Origin: Octopus vulgaris
Lineage: Eukaryota
Direction of reading: 5' to 3'
Length of the DNA stretch: 64,000 bases
Assembly: GCA_951406725.2 (NCBI GenBank)
Contig: OX597820.1
Coordinates: 60,636,001-60,700,000 of the forward strand
Within the stretch, counting starts at the first letter, position 1, and each line of letters opens with the position of its first letter. Shown here piece by piece: positions 12,860 through 26,189 of the stretch. The notes beneath the pieces were generated by a model. That model made no database searches and was not told where the DNA came from. It was given only the letters and a program-made list of their open reading frames with translations. Made by a program: the position numbers and the translations under genes.

Positions 12860-13110
12860 CATTCGATGCTTTCTTCTAAGGAATCTAATGCTCTTAGCTT
12901 AGTTTTTCCTTGGAGCTGGCCAGATTGGAGCAATCTCAATATTAATCAGCCGAAATTGCGAGGATGATCCGGTTCTTGACTGAGGATAGAAAGCTTCGAA
13001 TGACCCGTCCTTGTTTTTTTTTTGTATCAACTATCTGGATCTTTTGTTGTCCCTTTTTGTATCACCTAATTGTCCGGATGTTTTGCGTTCTTGTCCCATT
13101 TTGTATTAAT
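12860..13110. repeat. (TA)n-associated dispersed repeat; also 19803-19962 and 49742-49849 in the opposite orientation
   Basis: Shared ACAAAATGGGACAAGAACG..GGACGGG(T/A)CATTCGAAG..TCAGTCAAG; every copy abuts a microsatellite. Confidence 0.75.
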
Positions 13111-13508
13111 ATATATATATATAAAACTTTACATAACTCATGGATTCTATGCTGAGCAATAACATATCTACTCAATTATAGTACATTCTAGCAGATTCGA
13201 ACGTGATTAATCTGATTGTTGATGTTTTTCACCATCGGAGAACACTTCCTTCCTTCTGTCCATGTTCATTATAAATACTCACAATACACGATACATCAGC
13301 ATAACGAGAGTAAGACACTGCTGTGTTTTAACCTCGTTAAAGCTACATACATACACCTGATTATGAATTCTCATTTGTACCTATAATCATAGGTATATTA
13401 GGTTATGTACCAACAAATTTGCACAAAAATCTAGAAATATTTGTATTCACGGGGAAAAAGCAAGAGAAACTGACTCGGATTCTCCAAATTCAATTTATTT
13501 GTGGTATA

Positions 13509-13815
13509 GGCGCAGGCGTGACTGTGTGGTAAGAAGCTTGCTTACCAACCACATAGTTCCAGGTTCAGTCCCACTGCGTGGCACCCTGGGCAAATATCTA
13601 CTATAGCCTCGTGCCGATTAAAGCCTTGTGGGTGGATTTGGTAAACGGAAACTGAAAGAAGCCTGTCGGATATATATATGTATGTATATATTTGTGTGTC
13701 TGTGTTTGTCCCCCCAACATCGCTTGACAACCGATGCTGGTGTGCCTTCGTCCCCGTCATTTAGCGGTTCGGCAAGAGAGACCGATAGAATAAGTACTAG
13801 GCTTACAAAGAATAA
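13509..13815 (+). mobile_element. SINE family B, 3' truncated, followed by a short direct duplication (about 13811-13889)
   Basis: GGCGCAGGCGTGACTGTGTGGTAAG head, B-box-like GGTTCAGTCCC. Confidence 0.9.
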
Positions 13816-14053
13816 CTGAAATAAATAAAAGAAAGTAAAGTAATAGTGGTCAAATAACTGAAATAAATAAAAGAAAGTAAAGTAATAGTGAAAATCTGTA
13901 AGACATTTCAAAAATTCTCAGTCTGAGATTTTTTTGTGAATAGATGCTCACACTTGGGCGCATGCATGGACAGTTCAAACAACAAAGCAACTCAACTACA
14001 TATTTACAAATATCAGGAACCAACTTGAATTCTCTCAAGATCTTAAATCAAAC

Positions 14054-14133
<80 letters not shown>

Positions 14134-14145
14134 TGTGTGTGTATA

Positions 14146-14341
14146 ATATGTGACAATTATTCGGTAGCCATAATAAAACTCCGAGTTTCGGATGTCGGGG
14201 CGAAAACCCACGCCGCTATCTCTTCAGTTATCCGGCCATCGAAAAACATGGCCGGATAACTGAAGAGATAGCGGCGTGGGTTTCCGCCCCGACATCCGAA
14301 ACTCAGAGCTTTATCATGGCTACCGAATAATTGTTACATAT
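14146..14341. repeat. Near-perfect about 94-bp-arm inverted repeat carrying a hammerhead-like motif
   Basis: Arms 14146-14239 and 14248-14341; single-arm copy at about 47729-47826; arm reads gataa-CTGAAGA-stem-GAAA-ctc(g/a)gag-TT-ttatc. Confidence 0.85.
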
Positions 14342-14414
14342 ACTTACAGATAAATTTCTCTATTTACATAATATCGAGGTCTCTTTCATTCTTTTGTTGT
14401 CTTACCATTTTTGT

Positions 14415-14484
<70 letters not shown>

Positions 14485-14575
14485 AAGGGAAAGTTTACGA
14501 AAATAAACAAAAGACGAAGGCAGGTGGGGTACAAACAAACAAATGTATTAGTATAGCGCTCAGGAATAGAAAAAG

Positions 14576-14613
14576 TCTTTTACGTTTCGAGCCTACGCTC
14601 TTCGACAGAAAGA
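14576..14613 (-). ncRNA. Minimal type-I hammerhead ribozyme motif (one core mismatch) in a (TA)n-flanked insert
   Basis: tcttt CTGTCGA a GAGC gtag GCTC GAAA cg TA aaaga. Confidence 0.6.
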
Positions 14614-14711
14614 TACACAGAAAAAAAAAAAACAAGGAGAGAAACAAGGAGAGAAAAAAAATGCGTGTAGTAGCTAACGATCTATCATGGCGTCTTGACT
14701 TCGGACAATGG

Positions 14712-14748
<37 letters not shown>

Positions 14749-15513
14749 CACGCGCAAACATATTTTCTTCTTTGTATGAATCTGACTGTTGTCATACTCA
14801 CAGGGCAATTATTTGAGCCACTCATTATTAGCACAATGATTAAATGTCCTAGGTATTGAACCCTGTTAGCTTTTAATCAAATACCGGTGGAAGCCACCTA
14901 TTATTCTGCTGAAACTCATTGAACTGAAACACTCGTTCGTTTCATTGAAAAACTGCTGATCACAGTTTTGCACCTCAATGCTTCATTTATGGCAAACTGG
15001 TGTTGTTTTCAGGTTCTCCGATTAAATGCTTTACTGCACTCATTCCGCTTCGCTACGTGCTTAGTTAGAAAATGGTGTGCCGATGTTAACTTTGTCTTTT
15101 ATTTTCTTCGAGCTGGATAGCTGGATAAAGAAAGTACCGGTCAGTGGTAAGGTCGAGTCTCCCCCCACCCTCTCCCTCCCTTCCTCTCTCTGTCTCCCTC
15201 TCTTGTCTAGAAGTATTTGGCTGTTTCTAACCTGAGGTGAGATGGGCCCTGCCGCATTAAAAAAAAAAATACTGAAGGCGCGCCGTATTGGTCGAAGATA
15301 CCCTGGGGCTCCATCAAGAATAAAATACTCTTTCCTGTGTTTGATTAACGTACTCAAGAAGCTAACCAGAAATAGCAGCTAAATGTCCCTACTTTCCGTC
15401 ACAATGCAATAATAAGAAACACACATAAGACAATGGAGTCCTAAATACATTCTATCTAGAAAAAAAAAAAAACAAGCAAATATAAAGATGATCAATTCTA
15501 GAAAGCTTTGAAC

Positions 15514-15655
15514 CAATGCCGTCTTGAGGCATAGTTAGACTGTGGTCAATGCCCGGGGATCCCTCAAGTCTAGGGTCCCTATGGCTAACCTGTGTATGTA
15601 GGGTCCTCAATGCATTGCTTTGCCCAGAGCCTATAATGCTGTTAAAACGGCTCTA
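15514..15655. mobile_element. Small hAT-like MITE
   Basis: Imperfect TIRs CAATGCCGTCTT / AAAACGGCTCTA; 8-bp TSD-like CTTTGAAC / CTTTTGAC. Confidence 0.45.
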
Positions 15656-17039
15656 CTTTTGACCATGCGCTTCCTCGATCAGGCATGACCTTGGTTAAAA
15701 AGCAACTGGCTTCGTTAAAGTTAAGGAAGTGTTTTTGTCTGTGTCTGTGTATTTCACCTTTTTCTTTTTCTTTTTTTCTTTTGTTCTTTGTCTGGTAGGC
15801 TACTCTGTCGAATCGGTCGACGATAAAGGAAATAAATAATTCATATAAAACACATTCATACATAAAAGAAACACATTTATTTACGAGATCGCCAAGTAAT
15901 ACGTACGACTCGTTTGTTGTCAGTAATCGAAAGCAAAAGTAAAAAAAAAAAAGCAGCAAACCCAAAACAAGAATAATAATATATAAATAAATAAAATTGA
16001 GACTTTCTTCTTCTTCTTTCGCAGTAAGACTTCAAAAGATGATCGATCAACATGATCAATATTTTAAAATGTTTTGTATAAAATGTCAAACTAGAATGCT
16101 AAACAAACAAGGGGAAATAATTAGAAAGGTTTAAAAAAATTCTCAGCACTCTTCTATTTTTCCTTCTCTCCTCCGTTACAACTTTCTTTCTTCTTTCTTT
16201 CCCCTTCTTGTCTTTATAATTTTTCTTTTCAAAGCAGTAAACTTATTATTTTCATTTTACGACAACGACCACGATGACGAATTCGATCGAATATGACGAT
16301 AAAACATGCATTGTATCCGCTCTCCTCACAAAATGTTCTTAATATTATCATTAAACTAACATGCATCGGGTTTGAGTTTTTATTAATTGTTATTCTTCTT
16401 TTATTACGATCGTCAAACAGAAATGTAATCAATGCAAATCGTCATCAATACAGTTTTGTTATTTATATTTTTTGTCGATTGTTAATGATGTTATTGTTGA
16501 TGTTGTTATCGTTCGTCTTGCCGCCGTTGTTATTGTTGTTGTTGTCGTGGTTGTTGTAGCCGCTACTGTTATTATTGTTGTTGCTCCTGTATTTTGTTTG
16601 TTGCCGGTAATGTCTGGCGTTGTTGATTGTTATTACTGCTACTGTGTCAATACATTCTGTCGTTGTTGTTGTTGTTGTTGCCGTTGTTATTGTTGTTGTC
16701 GTCGTCGTTGTTGTTGCTGCTGTTGCTGTTGTTGTGGGTTAAATTACTTTCGATCGAAATGCATGGAAACTGGAGCCCATGAATGGTAAAGTATGAAAAA
16801 TATATATATACATATATATATATATATAAAAAAACAGGGCTTTGAATAAATGAACAGTCATGAATAAAAAGTAGAAAGAAGAGAAAGAAAATACGAGCGA
16901 ACACACCACACGCATTCACACTCACACTAATATATGTGTGTATGTGTGTGAACAGAGAGAAAGAGAAAGATAAGGAGAGGGAGCGAGAGAGTTACAGAAA
17001 AAAAAATGTTATATGAAAGGGAACAAAACAGAGATAACT

Positions 17040-17540
17040 ATGAATTTTGATAAGTCACCGTTATGAGAGTTCAGGGCCTTTATTTATGATTAAGGTAATT
17101 GTCATAAAGAGCCACGGTCGAGACACACGGCCAGTTGTCCAATGACACAACAGGCCGTGTAGTAAACATGCTGAAAGTGTGGGGGAAAAGGGGGCTAAGA
17201 TTTTAAGGCGGTGCTAGTGAGGAAGAGATTGAAAAAAAGAAACGAGAAGAAATTAAGAAAAAAAAAAGCTGTACGTGTGTCGATGAGAGTGAAAATGAGT
17301 TGATAAAAATATAAAACAAAGTAACAATGCGTGGGGGAAGAAAAAAGATAAATAAAACATTGTATAAAATAAAATTAAATAGAACAACAATAAAAGGCTC
17401 GGAGAAACGATTGAATCAAAAGTACTCAACACAAACTTCAGCTCTGTTTGCTGATTGGCTGATTCGTCAGGCAATATAGGAGTGGCTTATTTCATTTTTT
17501 TTTTTTCTTCCCGTCACATGGCGGTAGGAAGTAGTTTTTG
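17040..17540. promoter_or_regulatory. Candidate enhancer or promoter within a TE-free block
   Basis: Clustered TTTATG/CATAAA, TAATTG, TGACA, TGTTTGC, TGATTGGC, TGATTCGTCA, ACATGGCGG (YY1-like) and GGAAGT motifs. Confidence 0.35.
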
Positions 17541-18660
17541 TTCTGTTTTAATTGTAAAGATGTTGTTATTATTGCTTCCTTGTTATACGTTGCACACGTA
17601 TACACACACACACAAATAACATAAATGCACACGGGATGTTCTCCGTACTTATGTATATACACACAATCAGCTGTAATATATTTGCCTGCCAGTGATTCTT
17701 TTACATAAATAACACATCGAAGTTTTAATTATGGGAACTAGATACGAAACCCCACCCCTTCTGTCGCTTTATAACAGAATCTCGTAGCTGGATCCCGAAC
17801 TCGTCAACTCGTTCACACCCACTCGTGTTTACGTTTTTATTTTTCGCCTCTTTTCTTTTTCTTTTCTTTTCTTTATTATTATTTTTGTTTTATCCTTTCT
17901 TTGATATCACTTAAGTACTTATACTTTTCGCTTAGCACAAACACATTCACACACACACTCACATATACATATACAACATATGCATATAAACATACTGCAT
18001 ATTCACACGTTGAAACACTCTTTCGTGAATGACACACACATACATATATATATATATAAACAGGCATACAAATGAAATAATCGGTGCCACGCATACACAT
18101 ACATACACACCTCCTTTACAAACTGATCTCCACTCTAATATACGCATGATCGTCACACAAGCATACACTTGATCCACTTGATCTCAATACAAACATACAC
18201 ATGATAGAGCAGTTGGTAGGGGATGAAGGTGGGTAAAATTGTAGGTGGGTGGGTGACGAAGCTAATAAGAGAAATCGTACTAATTACGGGCATATAATAT
18301 AATATATACTCAGGGTTCTTTCCATCGTCTTTCTTTCTTTATTTATTTTCAGTTGATTGATAGTATAAAGCTAACTTTCAACGTGTGACAACTATAGCAA
18401 CAACAACAATGCCATATACCCCGCTTTCACCTTCTCCTTTGCACCCAGCCACACCCAACTCAAAACTTTTTTTCCCCGTTTCTCATTTTCTCTTCACTTC
18501 AACCTTATTTTTTTTATATTTCATTTTTTGTTAATAGTTAAAAAAAAAAAAAACTGAATTGTACTGCCAAATAATTGAAAAGGGTAGTCTTTGTTACCGG
18601 TGTGTAGGTGTAGGATGTGCGCACGCGTGTTTGTATGTGTATGTATGCATATATATATGT

Positions 18661-18698
<38 letters not shown>

Positions 18699-20120
18699 CA
18701 CACTGTCGCAACTTATGCGTTTATGTGGCTGTATATAACAAAATATGTATATGTGCGTTTTTACCTATACACATATATATATATGTATGAGATTGTTTAT
18801 TTATATTAATGTGTTTTCATATATATGTGTTCGTTTTCGAACGACCTTACATATTTTATCTAATTATTCGTTTATTCTTACTTTATTTCGTAGTTTGCGT
18901 TTTATTTATTACATATCTTTTATTTTTTGTTTTTGCTTCCAAGCTCTTTCTCTCTTTTCCTCTCTTTTTTCACCATTTCGCTTTCAGAAGCAAACAAAAA
19001 AACTTTCCTGCAATGAAAAGAAATAACGTTTAATTTATTATATGCCGCTGTCACATAGAAATACGACAGATTGCTTGATGTGTTAAAGAAAATCGTTATT
19101 GAATAGGTCAATTTTCGGAAGAAAGAACCCATTCTTATGTTTTCATTTAATAATTTATTTTAAAGAAGCAGATTCGGTTTGAATGTATTTAAAACTATTT
19201 CTTTGTCCATTGTATACTTGGTGCAATGTACTAATTAATTAGTTACAATTATAAACAAACTTAAAACACAGTGGAAATTTTAAATATCAGTTTACAAATT
19301 TGATTAATTTTCTTGAATTTGAGTTGTTTTAGAGTTCCTCATCACAGTGTCAGTTTAATTAAACAAACAATTACCAGACAAATGTACTCGATTTATAGAG
19401 TGTTATAAGAGAAGAGGAAATGACCGATTTAAAATTATTTAAAATAAAATTTTAATGATGCGATGACTGAGCTTAACATCTTCAGATACACTAAAACAAA
19501 TGTTACAGTTCGGTGACTCATAGGAAGAGAGGGAGTTTCAGTGCATTGGAGCGGTACTTGTAGTCACTCAATAAAATGTCCATTAGAACTGGTAACCCCG
19601 AGCAAAGGTTACAGCGAACAAGCTTGAGAGAAAGGGTCTCAGTCACTGCTTCGTTGCATAATTTCCAAAAGTCTAAGGTCACATTCGGCGAGAGACCTGT
19701 GTCACGATAGTTAATAAACAGTACGTACTTACGTATATATGTATGTATGTATAAGAGAGCTAAGTGTACGTACGCCACTATATATATATATATATATATA
19801 TATAATACAAAATGGGACAAGAACGCAAAACATCCGGACAGCTAGGTGATACAAAAAGGAAATAACAAAACATCCAGATAGACAATGCAAAACACACAAG
19901 GACGGGTCATTCGAAGCCCTCTATCCTCAGTCAAGCACCATATTATCGTCGCAATTTCGGCTATGTATGTATGTATGTATGTATGTATGTTTGTATGTAT
20001 GTATGTATGTATGTATGTATGTATGTATGTATGTATGTATGTATGTATGTTTGTATGTATGTATGTATGTATGTATGTATGTATGTATGTATGTATGTAT
20101 GTATGTGTGTGTGTGTGTGT

Positions 20121-20433
20121 GTGAAGGCGGGAAGCTTATGGTTAGGCTCATATTTGGCTCATGGTCGTAAGGTCGTGAGTTCGATTCCCGGCGGCATGTT
20201 GTGCCATTGAGCAAGACACTTTATTTCACGTTGTGCCAGTCCACTCATGTGGCAAAAATGCGGTGTACCTGTAATTCAAAGGGCCAGTTTTGTCACGCTG
20301 AATCTCCGAGAACTACGTTAAGAAAGGTACGCGTGTCCGAGGAGAGCTCAGCTACATGCACAATAATTTCACGAGCATCCTGTTCCATTGATCGGATCAG
20401 CTAGAACGCTCATCATTGTAACAGACCGAGTGC

Positions 20434-20436
<3 letters not shown>
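20121..20436 (+). mobile_element. SINE family E (tRNA head GTGAAGGCG..GTTCGATTCCC)
   Basis: Homologous to 35350-35660 (-) and 38535-38837 (-). Confidence 0.85.
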
Positions 20437-20474
<38 letters not shown>

Positions 20475-20540
20475 GGTCCCGGGTTGATTCGGGGTTAACC
20501 ACAGTAAGTAAGGTACTCAATACATAGCAGAGTAAAATTA

Positions 20541-20767
<227 letters not shown>

Positions 20768-20778
20768 CATATATGTAT

Positions 20779-21224
<446 letters not shown>

Positions 21225-21395
21225 TATATATATATATATATATATATATAGTGGGTGAATGGCCTATTATGGCCGTTCCTTTATTGTTGATGTTGAACTT
21301 AAAAATGGTCTATGACTATTTTAATTTTTTCTTACTAGGCCGCTGGTGGCAAAAGAATTCTACAAAATTTTTTTTTGCCACCTATATTGATTAAT

Positions 21396-21442
<47 letters not shown>

Positions 21443-22794
21443 GTAGGATTTTGTTAGCATCCATCTTTCATGCCATCATTGTAAACAGCACCTTTCAAAC
21501 TTGTAGAATTAAAACTTAGAATATAAGAAGAGGAAAAAATAGGGAAATAAAATGTGAATGTCTTTCTTGGAGGTCTTATAGAAATAAAGTTAAATGAAAT
21601 TGTTTCGACCGAGAATCGAAACTAAGTCATAGATTCATTGAGCTAAGTGTTTGCCTGTTTCCGGTCAAGAAATCATGCAATAATTACATAAAATAAATAA
21701 ATATAAAACTGCTTAGGAAATTGGTTTAGTAGATTAGAAACGATCTTTCAACAAATAATGAACAATTTGTTCAATCGTTACCAAAGCAGACTATTAATAT
21801 GTTGGTCTGAAAAGCTTATTTCCATATCGGATGGTCTAGCATGGTTTAAGTAACTCTCAATCATAAATAGTTGCGTATTTCAACCTTTTCCAAACTAATA
21901 TTGCCTTGTTATTGCTCGCTACGTATAAAGGCTGCGCGCTGGAAGAATCGTTAGCACGTCGGGCAAGATTCTCAGCAACATTTCATCTGTCCTTACGTTC
22001 TGAATGCCGGGGTCGACTTCGCTTTTTATCCTTTCGGGATGTAATCGGCTAGTCCCCTTCCACAAAATTTCAGGCTTGTGTATATAGTAGAAAAGAATTG
22101 CTCACTAGATATCGATAAATTAAATGGTATTTCTTAAAGCTCTAAATATTTCTGTTTTTCTTCGGTATCTACACAAACTCTTTTGTAGTTGTTCCTTGGT
22201 GTCTTTTACCTGGATTTTTATGGTTCATATACCAAACTGTTACAGATGAAAACAAACTGGGTAGCAAAAGAGTAAACAGCAACCAAAAAAAATATACAAA
22301 ACATCGCAACAAAAATAACATCTATACACTGAGGACAACAAGAACAGCAATATGAAATACATATGAGATAGCAACGAAAACAAACACCAACACACTTGAA
22401 ATGGCAACAAATATAATATCAATAAACGAGAAATAGCAACAATTTAAATACAGAAAAGATAACAACAAATATTCTATTGATAACAAAGGGTACTTCAATT
22501 TCAGCGCTTGCTCAGCGAGAATTAATGGCCAGGTCTACCTAAAACTACACCTGTCTCTAGTAACAAAAGGACAATTAGATAACTAATTGTAGTAGTTGAC
22601 TTTCTTAAAAGATGGGATGATCACGGTTCGATTTCCTTTTGATCATAAGTCTGCTCCACTGGAGTAGAACTGGAGATAAACAATAAATATAAAAGGTTAC
22701 AAATTATAAGGGAGAAAGCTTGTTAAGTATCTCAAACTCGAGTGTACATATTTTACAGGTACAAGGCATTGTTGTGTGTTTCAGAAGTTTTCTT

Positions 22795-23205
22795 ATTTCT
22801 TTCCTGCTCACAAGCGGCTACACAGAGAAAGAGCAAACAAGGAGAGACAAACGGACTAAGTTGATTATATCGACCACAGTGTGTAACAGGTACTTATTTA
22901 ATCGACCCCGAAAGGATGAAAGGCAAGGTCGACCTCGGCGGAATTTGAACTCAGAATGTAGCGGCAGACGAAATACCTATTTCTTTACTACCCACAAGGG
23001 GCTAAGCACAGAGAGGACAAATAAGGACAGACAAAGGGATTAAGTCGATTACATCGACCCCAGTGCGCAACTGGTACTTATTTAATCGACCCCGAAAGGA
23101 TGAAAGGCAAAGTCGATCTCGGCAGAATTTGAACTCAGAACGTAACGGCAGACGAAATACGGCTACGCATTTCGCCCGGCGTGCTAACGTTTCTGCCAGC
23201 TCACC
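22795..23205 (-). mobile_element. Family-A SINE partial dimer
   Basis: Two head-to-tail units joined at CGAAATACCTATTTCTTTAC (about 22969-22988). Confidence 0.9.
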
Positions 23206-23358
23206 TGTGTGATTAAGAAGGTTTCTGCGACCACGTAGCTTCAAATTCAGTTCCGCTGCGCAACAGCTTAGCATGGCTTTTCTTGTCTAACCTCGAGTCG
23301 AGCAGTATCTTATGAGTGAAATTACAAATTACATGCCTCCCTCCTTCTCTCTCTCTTT

Positions 23359-23432
<74 letters not shown>

Positions 23433-23449
23433 TATATATATGTGTGTGT

Positions 23450-25310
23450 AGTGGGTGCTGATAAGACGTGAATAGAGACAGACCGAAGTGATGTAGGCAT
23501 TCACCACCTCTGCCCAACTCTTCAAGCGTATCTTCCTCTCGGCCTATTTCTCGGTGAAAGTGGCCAGCCGGATGATCAGGACAAAACCAGAATTTGAGCA
23601 ATTTAACAAGCCCATCAGTCCAGTGCCACACAACACTTTTGGATGCATGGACCTGCCTCTTCAGGTGCCTAGCTGCAAGCCCATCGTCTTTTCTGCTTAA
23701 TTTTGGCTTCTATCATCACCTTTAACTCCATTAGAGTGGTGCTGATTATCTTGGTGTACTCAGTGTATGACTCTATGATGGTGTCGTCGTCCATACATGT
23801 CGATACAAATCTTCCGCATCTTAGTTCACGCGGGATACTTCCCAGAGTCTCTTATTTCCATATGACTGTCTCAACAAATGACATCCAGAAGCTACTAGAA
23901 AGGACATACTGAACTGTTCCGATGGAGGGACATTTCATTTGATCATCGAGTAGATGTCGCTGTATTTGCAGCGATGAAATGTCGGATGACTGAACTGAAA
24001 CCGGTAGATTGAGAGGACAGCTACCACTTATTGTCGCTCAACCCTGTCAAGGACTTTCGACTGATCTAAGTTGATTAGAGCCGTACCCAAACTAGGTCCC
24101 TTATAAACCCTTTCTATGATGTATTGCATTAAGTAGAAGCTGTCAGAGACAGATATGTTAAGGATGGCGCATACCTGCACATCATCGAATTGACTACCAA
24201 CAAGGGACAATTTCTTAGTTAATACCTTAACCAAAATCGTGAACATTGCTTTAGTAACATTAAAAGCTGAAAATTATCAATGTGTCCCAAGACATCTATC
24301 AACAGAACGCCGAAGAAGTCTGGAATATAAGCTTAAAGGTAATAAGGCAAACCATCCAAACTGACGATTTGCTTCTTGAATTTCAGTGATTGTTATTGGT
24401 GTTCTGTAACACTCCACATCCTAAGCTGAGAGTAGCAGTATGTTATTAAAGTAAGCATCGAGCTTCTTCCTGCGATTCATTCCGTTACTGGTCCCGGTCA
24501 GCCAAACGAAGTGCCACTGAAAGTCGCACACATCTACTTAAAGTAAATTTACTGCGGACCATTCAAAGACCATGTTGTGCCTTTGTTGCTCCACTAACCA
24601 GGCACGTCAAACAGTTTTCGCTCCTTTGTGGAGGCGCCTTAATTCTAATAAAGCAGCCTAAGTGCTTCACGTTGAAGAAATATTCAAAGGTCAATTTTTC
24701 TGGAAGCACATCGATTACGATGAGATCTAACTAGGTCTCCCTCAAGTTTACTTTTCTCTATCACTACTTTCTTACTAAACCAATTGATTCTATTCTAATC
24801 GATTTTTTAAGGGCTGTCCATCATTTGTTGACGATTGCCATTATCAATATCCGCTTAACTAATTCTCTAATCCAGTCTCTGTAAGCATGGTGTACCAAGA
24901 ACGACGGGTTGACGCCCTGTTACTGAGCCCTTTTCCATCAAACCTATCAAGCACGACCGTACAGATTACAAAATCGTGGCCAGTGTGGCTGATCGCTTTG
25001 AATTGGGGATAACTTACGCTTTCCCAATCTACTGGCCTGCAGAATACTGTATCTAGATACGATTTGGATTTGGTTTGTCATTGGTATATTGTCAATGGAA
25101 AATTCAATCACTACCTGTCAGACAGTTGGATAGGTTTAAGCAGGTTTGAGAGACTTTTATACCCACAGTTCAAACGTACATCAAAAATGGTATTCTAATA
25201 CTCAACTAGCACTAAAGAGTGGCACGCTTCTAGCAAGACCTTCAAATGCCTATAGAAAACTATTGGAACATAGATGACTATTCGTCTAAAGGTATTGCCT
25301 TCGCTGCTGG
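23450..25310 (-). mobile_element. Decayed L1/Tx1-clade LINE ORF2 (AP endonuclease plus RT)
   Basis: TFRRIVIYVP..LVLVEY*NTIFD and KSYLDTVFCR..HTGH (APE motifs); ALINLDQSKVLDRV (Tx1-type DQxKAFDRV); degenerate DD box near 23790. Confidence 0.8.
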
Positions 25311-25696
25311 AAGGCGGCGAGCTGGCAGAAACGTTAGCACGCCGGGCGAAATGCTTAGCGGTATTTCGTCTGCGTTACGTTGTGAGTTCAAATTCCGCCG
25401 AGGTCGACTTTGCCTTTCATCCTTTCGGGGTCGATAAATTAAGTACCAGTTACGCACTGGGGTCGATGTAATCGACTTAATACCTATGTCTGTCCTTGTT
25501 TGTCCCCTCTGTGTTTAGCCCCTTGTGGGTAATAAAGAAATAGGTATTTCATCTGTCGCTACGTTCTGAGTTCAAATTCCGCCGAGGTCGACTTTGCCTT
25601 TCATCCTTCCGAGGTCGATGTAATCGACTTAATCCGTCTGTCTGTCCTTGTTTGTTCCCTCTGTGTTTAGCCCCTTGTGGGTAGTAAAGAAATAGA
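25311..25696 (+). mobile_element. Family-A SINE partial dimer inserted in the LINE
   Basis: 18-bp TSD TATTGCCTT(C/T)GCTGCTGG at 25293-25310 and 25697-25714. Confidence 0.9.
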
Positions 25697-25964
25697 TATT
25701 GCCTTTGCTGCTGGTCACGGCAATGAGCAGCAACAACAACAGCAAAATAATAATAGCTTCACATTTTGGCACATGGTTTCACATTTGGGCGCATTTTGAG
25801 AGGAGGGCGTTAGTCGGTTGCACCAACCCCAATACTTGACAGGTATGTTATTTCATTGACTCAGGAGCGATGAAAGGTAAAGTCTTTTGAACTCAGAATG
25901 TTAAAAGCAAGAACAAATATTGTGAGGATTTATTCTGACGCTTGCTATATCTGCCGGCTTTTGA

Positions 25965-26189
25965 ATATTGTGAAAACAGATAAAGAGAAAATCGAAAAGT
26001 ACCAAAACCTGACATCGGAAGTGAAATGTATCCATAATGCCTCAAAATCGTGATCGGTGCATTTAGGACATCTCAAAGAAAGCAATGTTCCGCCACGAAA
26101 ACCTGAAAATCACAAACTTCATAGAAAGGACAAAGTTGGCAGCAATATTCGAAACAGCACATGTGTTGAGGAAACTGCTGAGTCTCTAA
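25965..26189 (+). mobile_element. Third R4/Dong-like C-terminal remnant
   Basis: KEKIEKYQNLTSEVKCIH..KIVIGA..KLAAIFETAHVLRKLLSL* resembles the EKxxKYxDL..IVIGALG..QKAALLGTAxILRKVL end of R4/Dong ORFs. Confidence 0.7.

Noticed and set aside
16470-16925. Poly-Asn/Gln coding exon on the - strand
   Set aside because: The nearby ATG frames close quickly and no domain or clear splice pair was found; kept only as a possible UTR or lncRNA
19518-19820. 100-aa minus-strand ORF with complex sequence
   Set aside because: Starts in a repeat/microsatellite; no recognisable domain or supported splice sites
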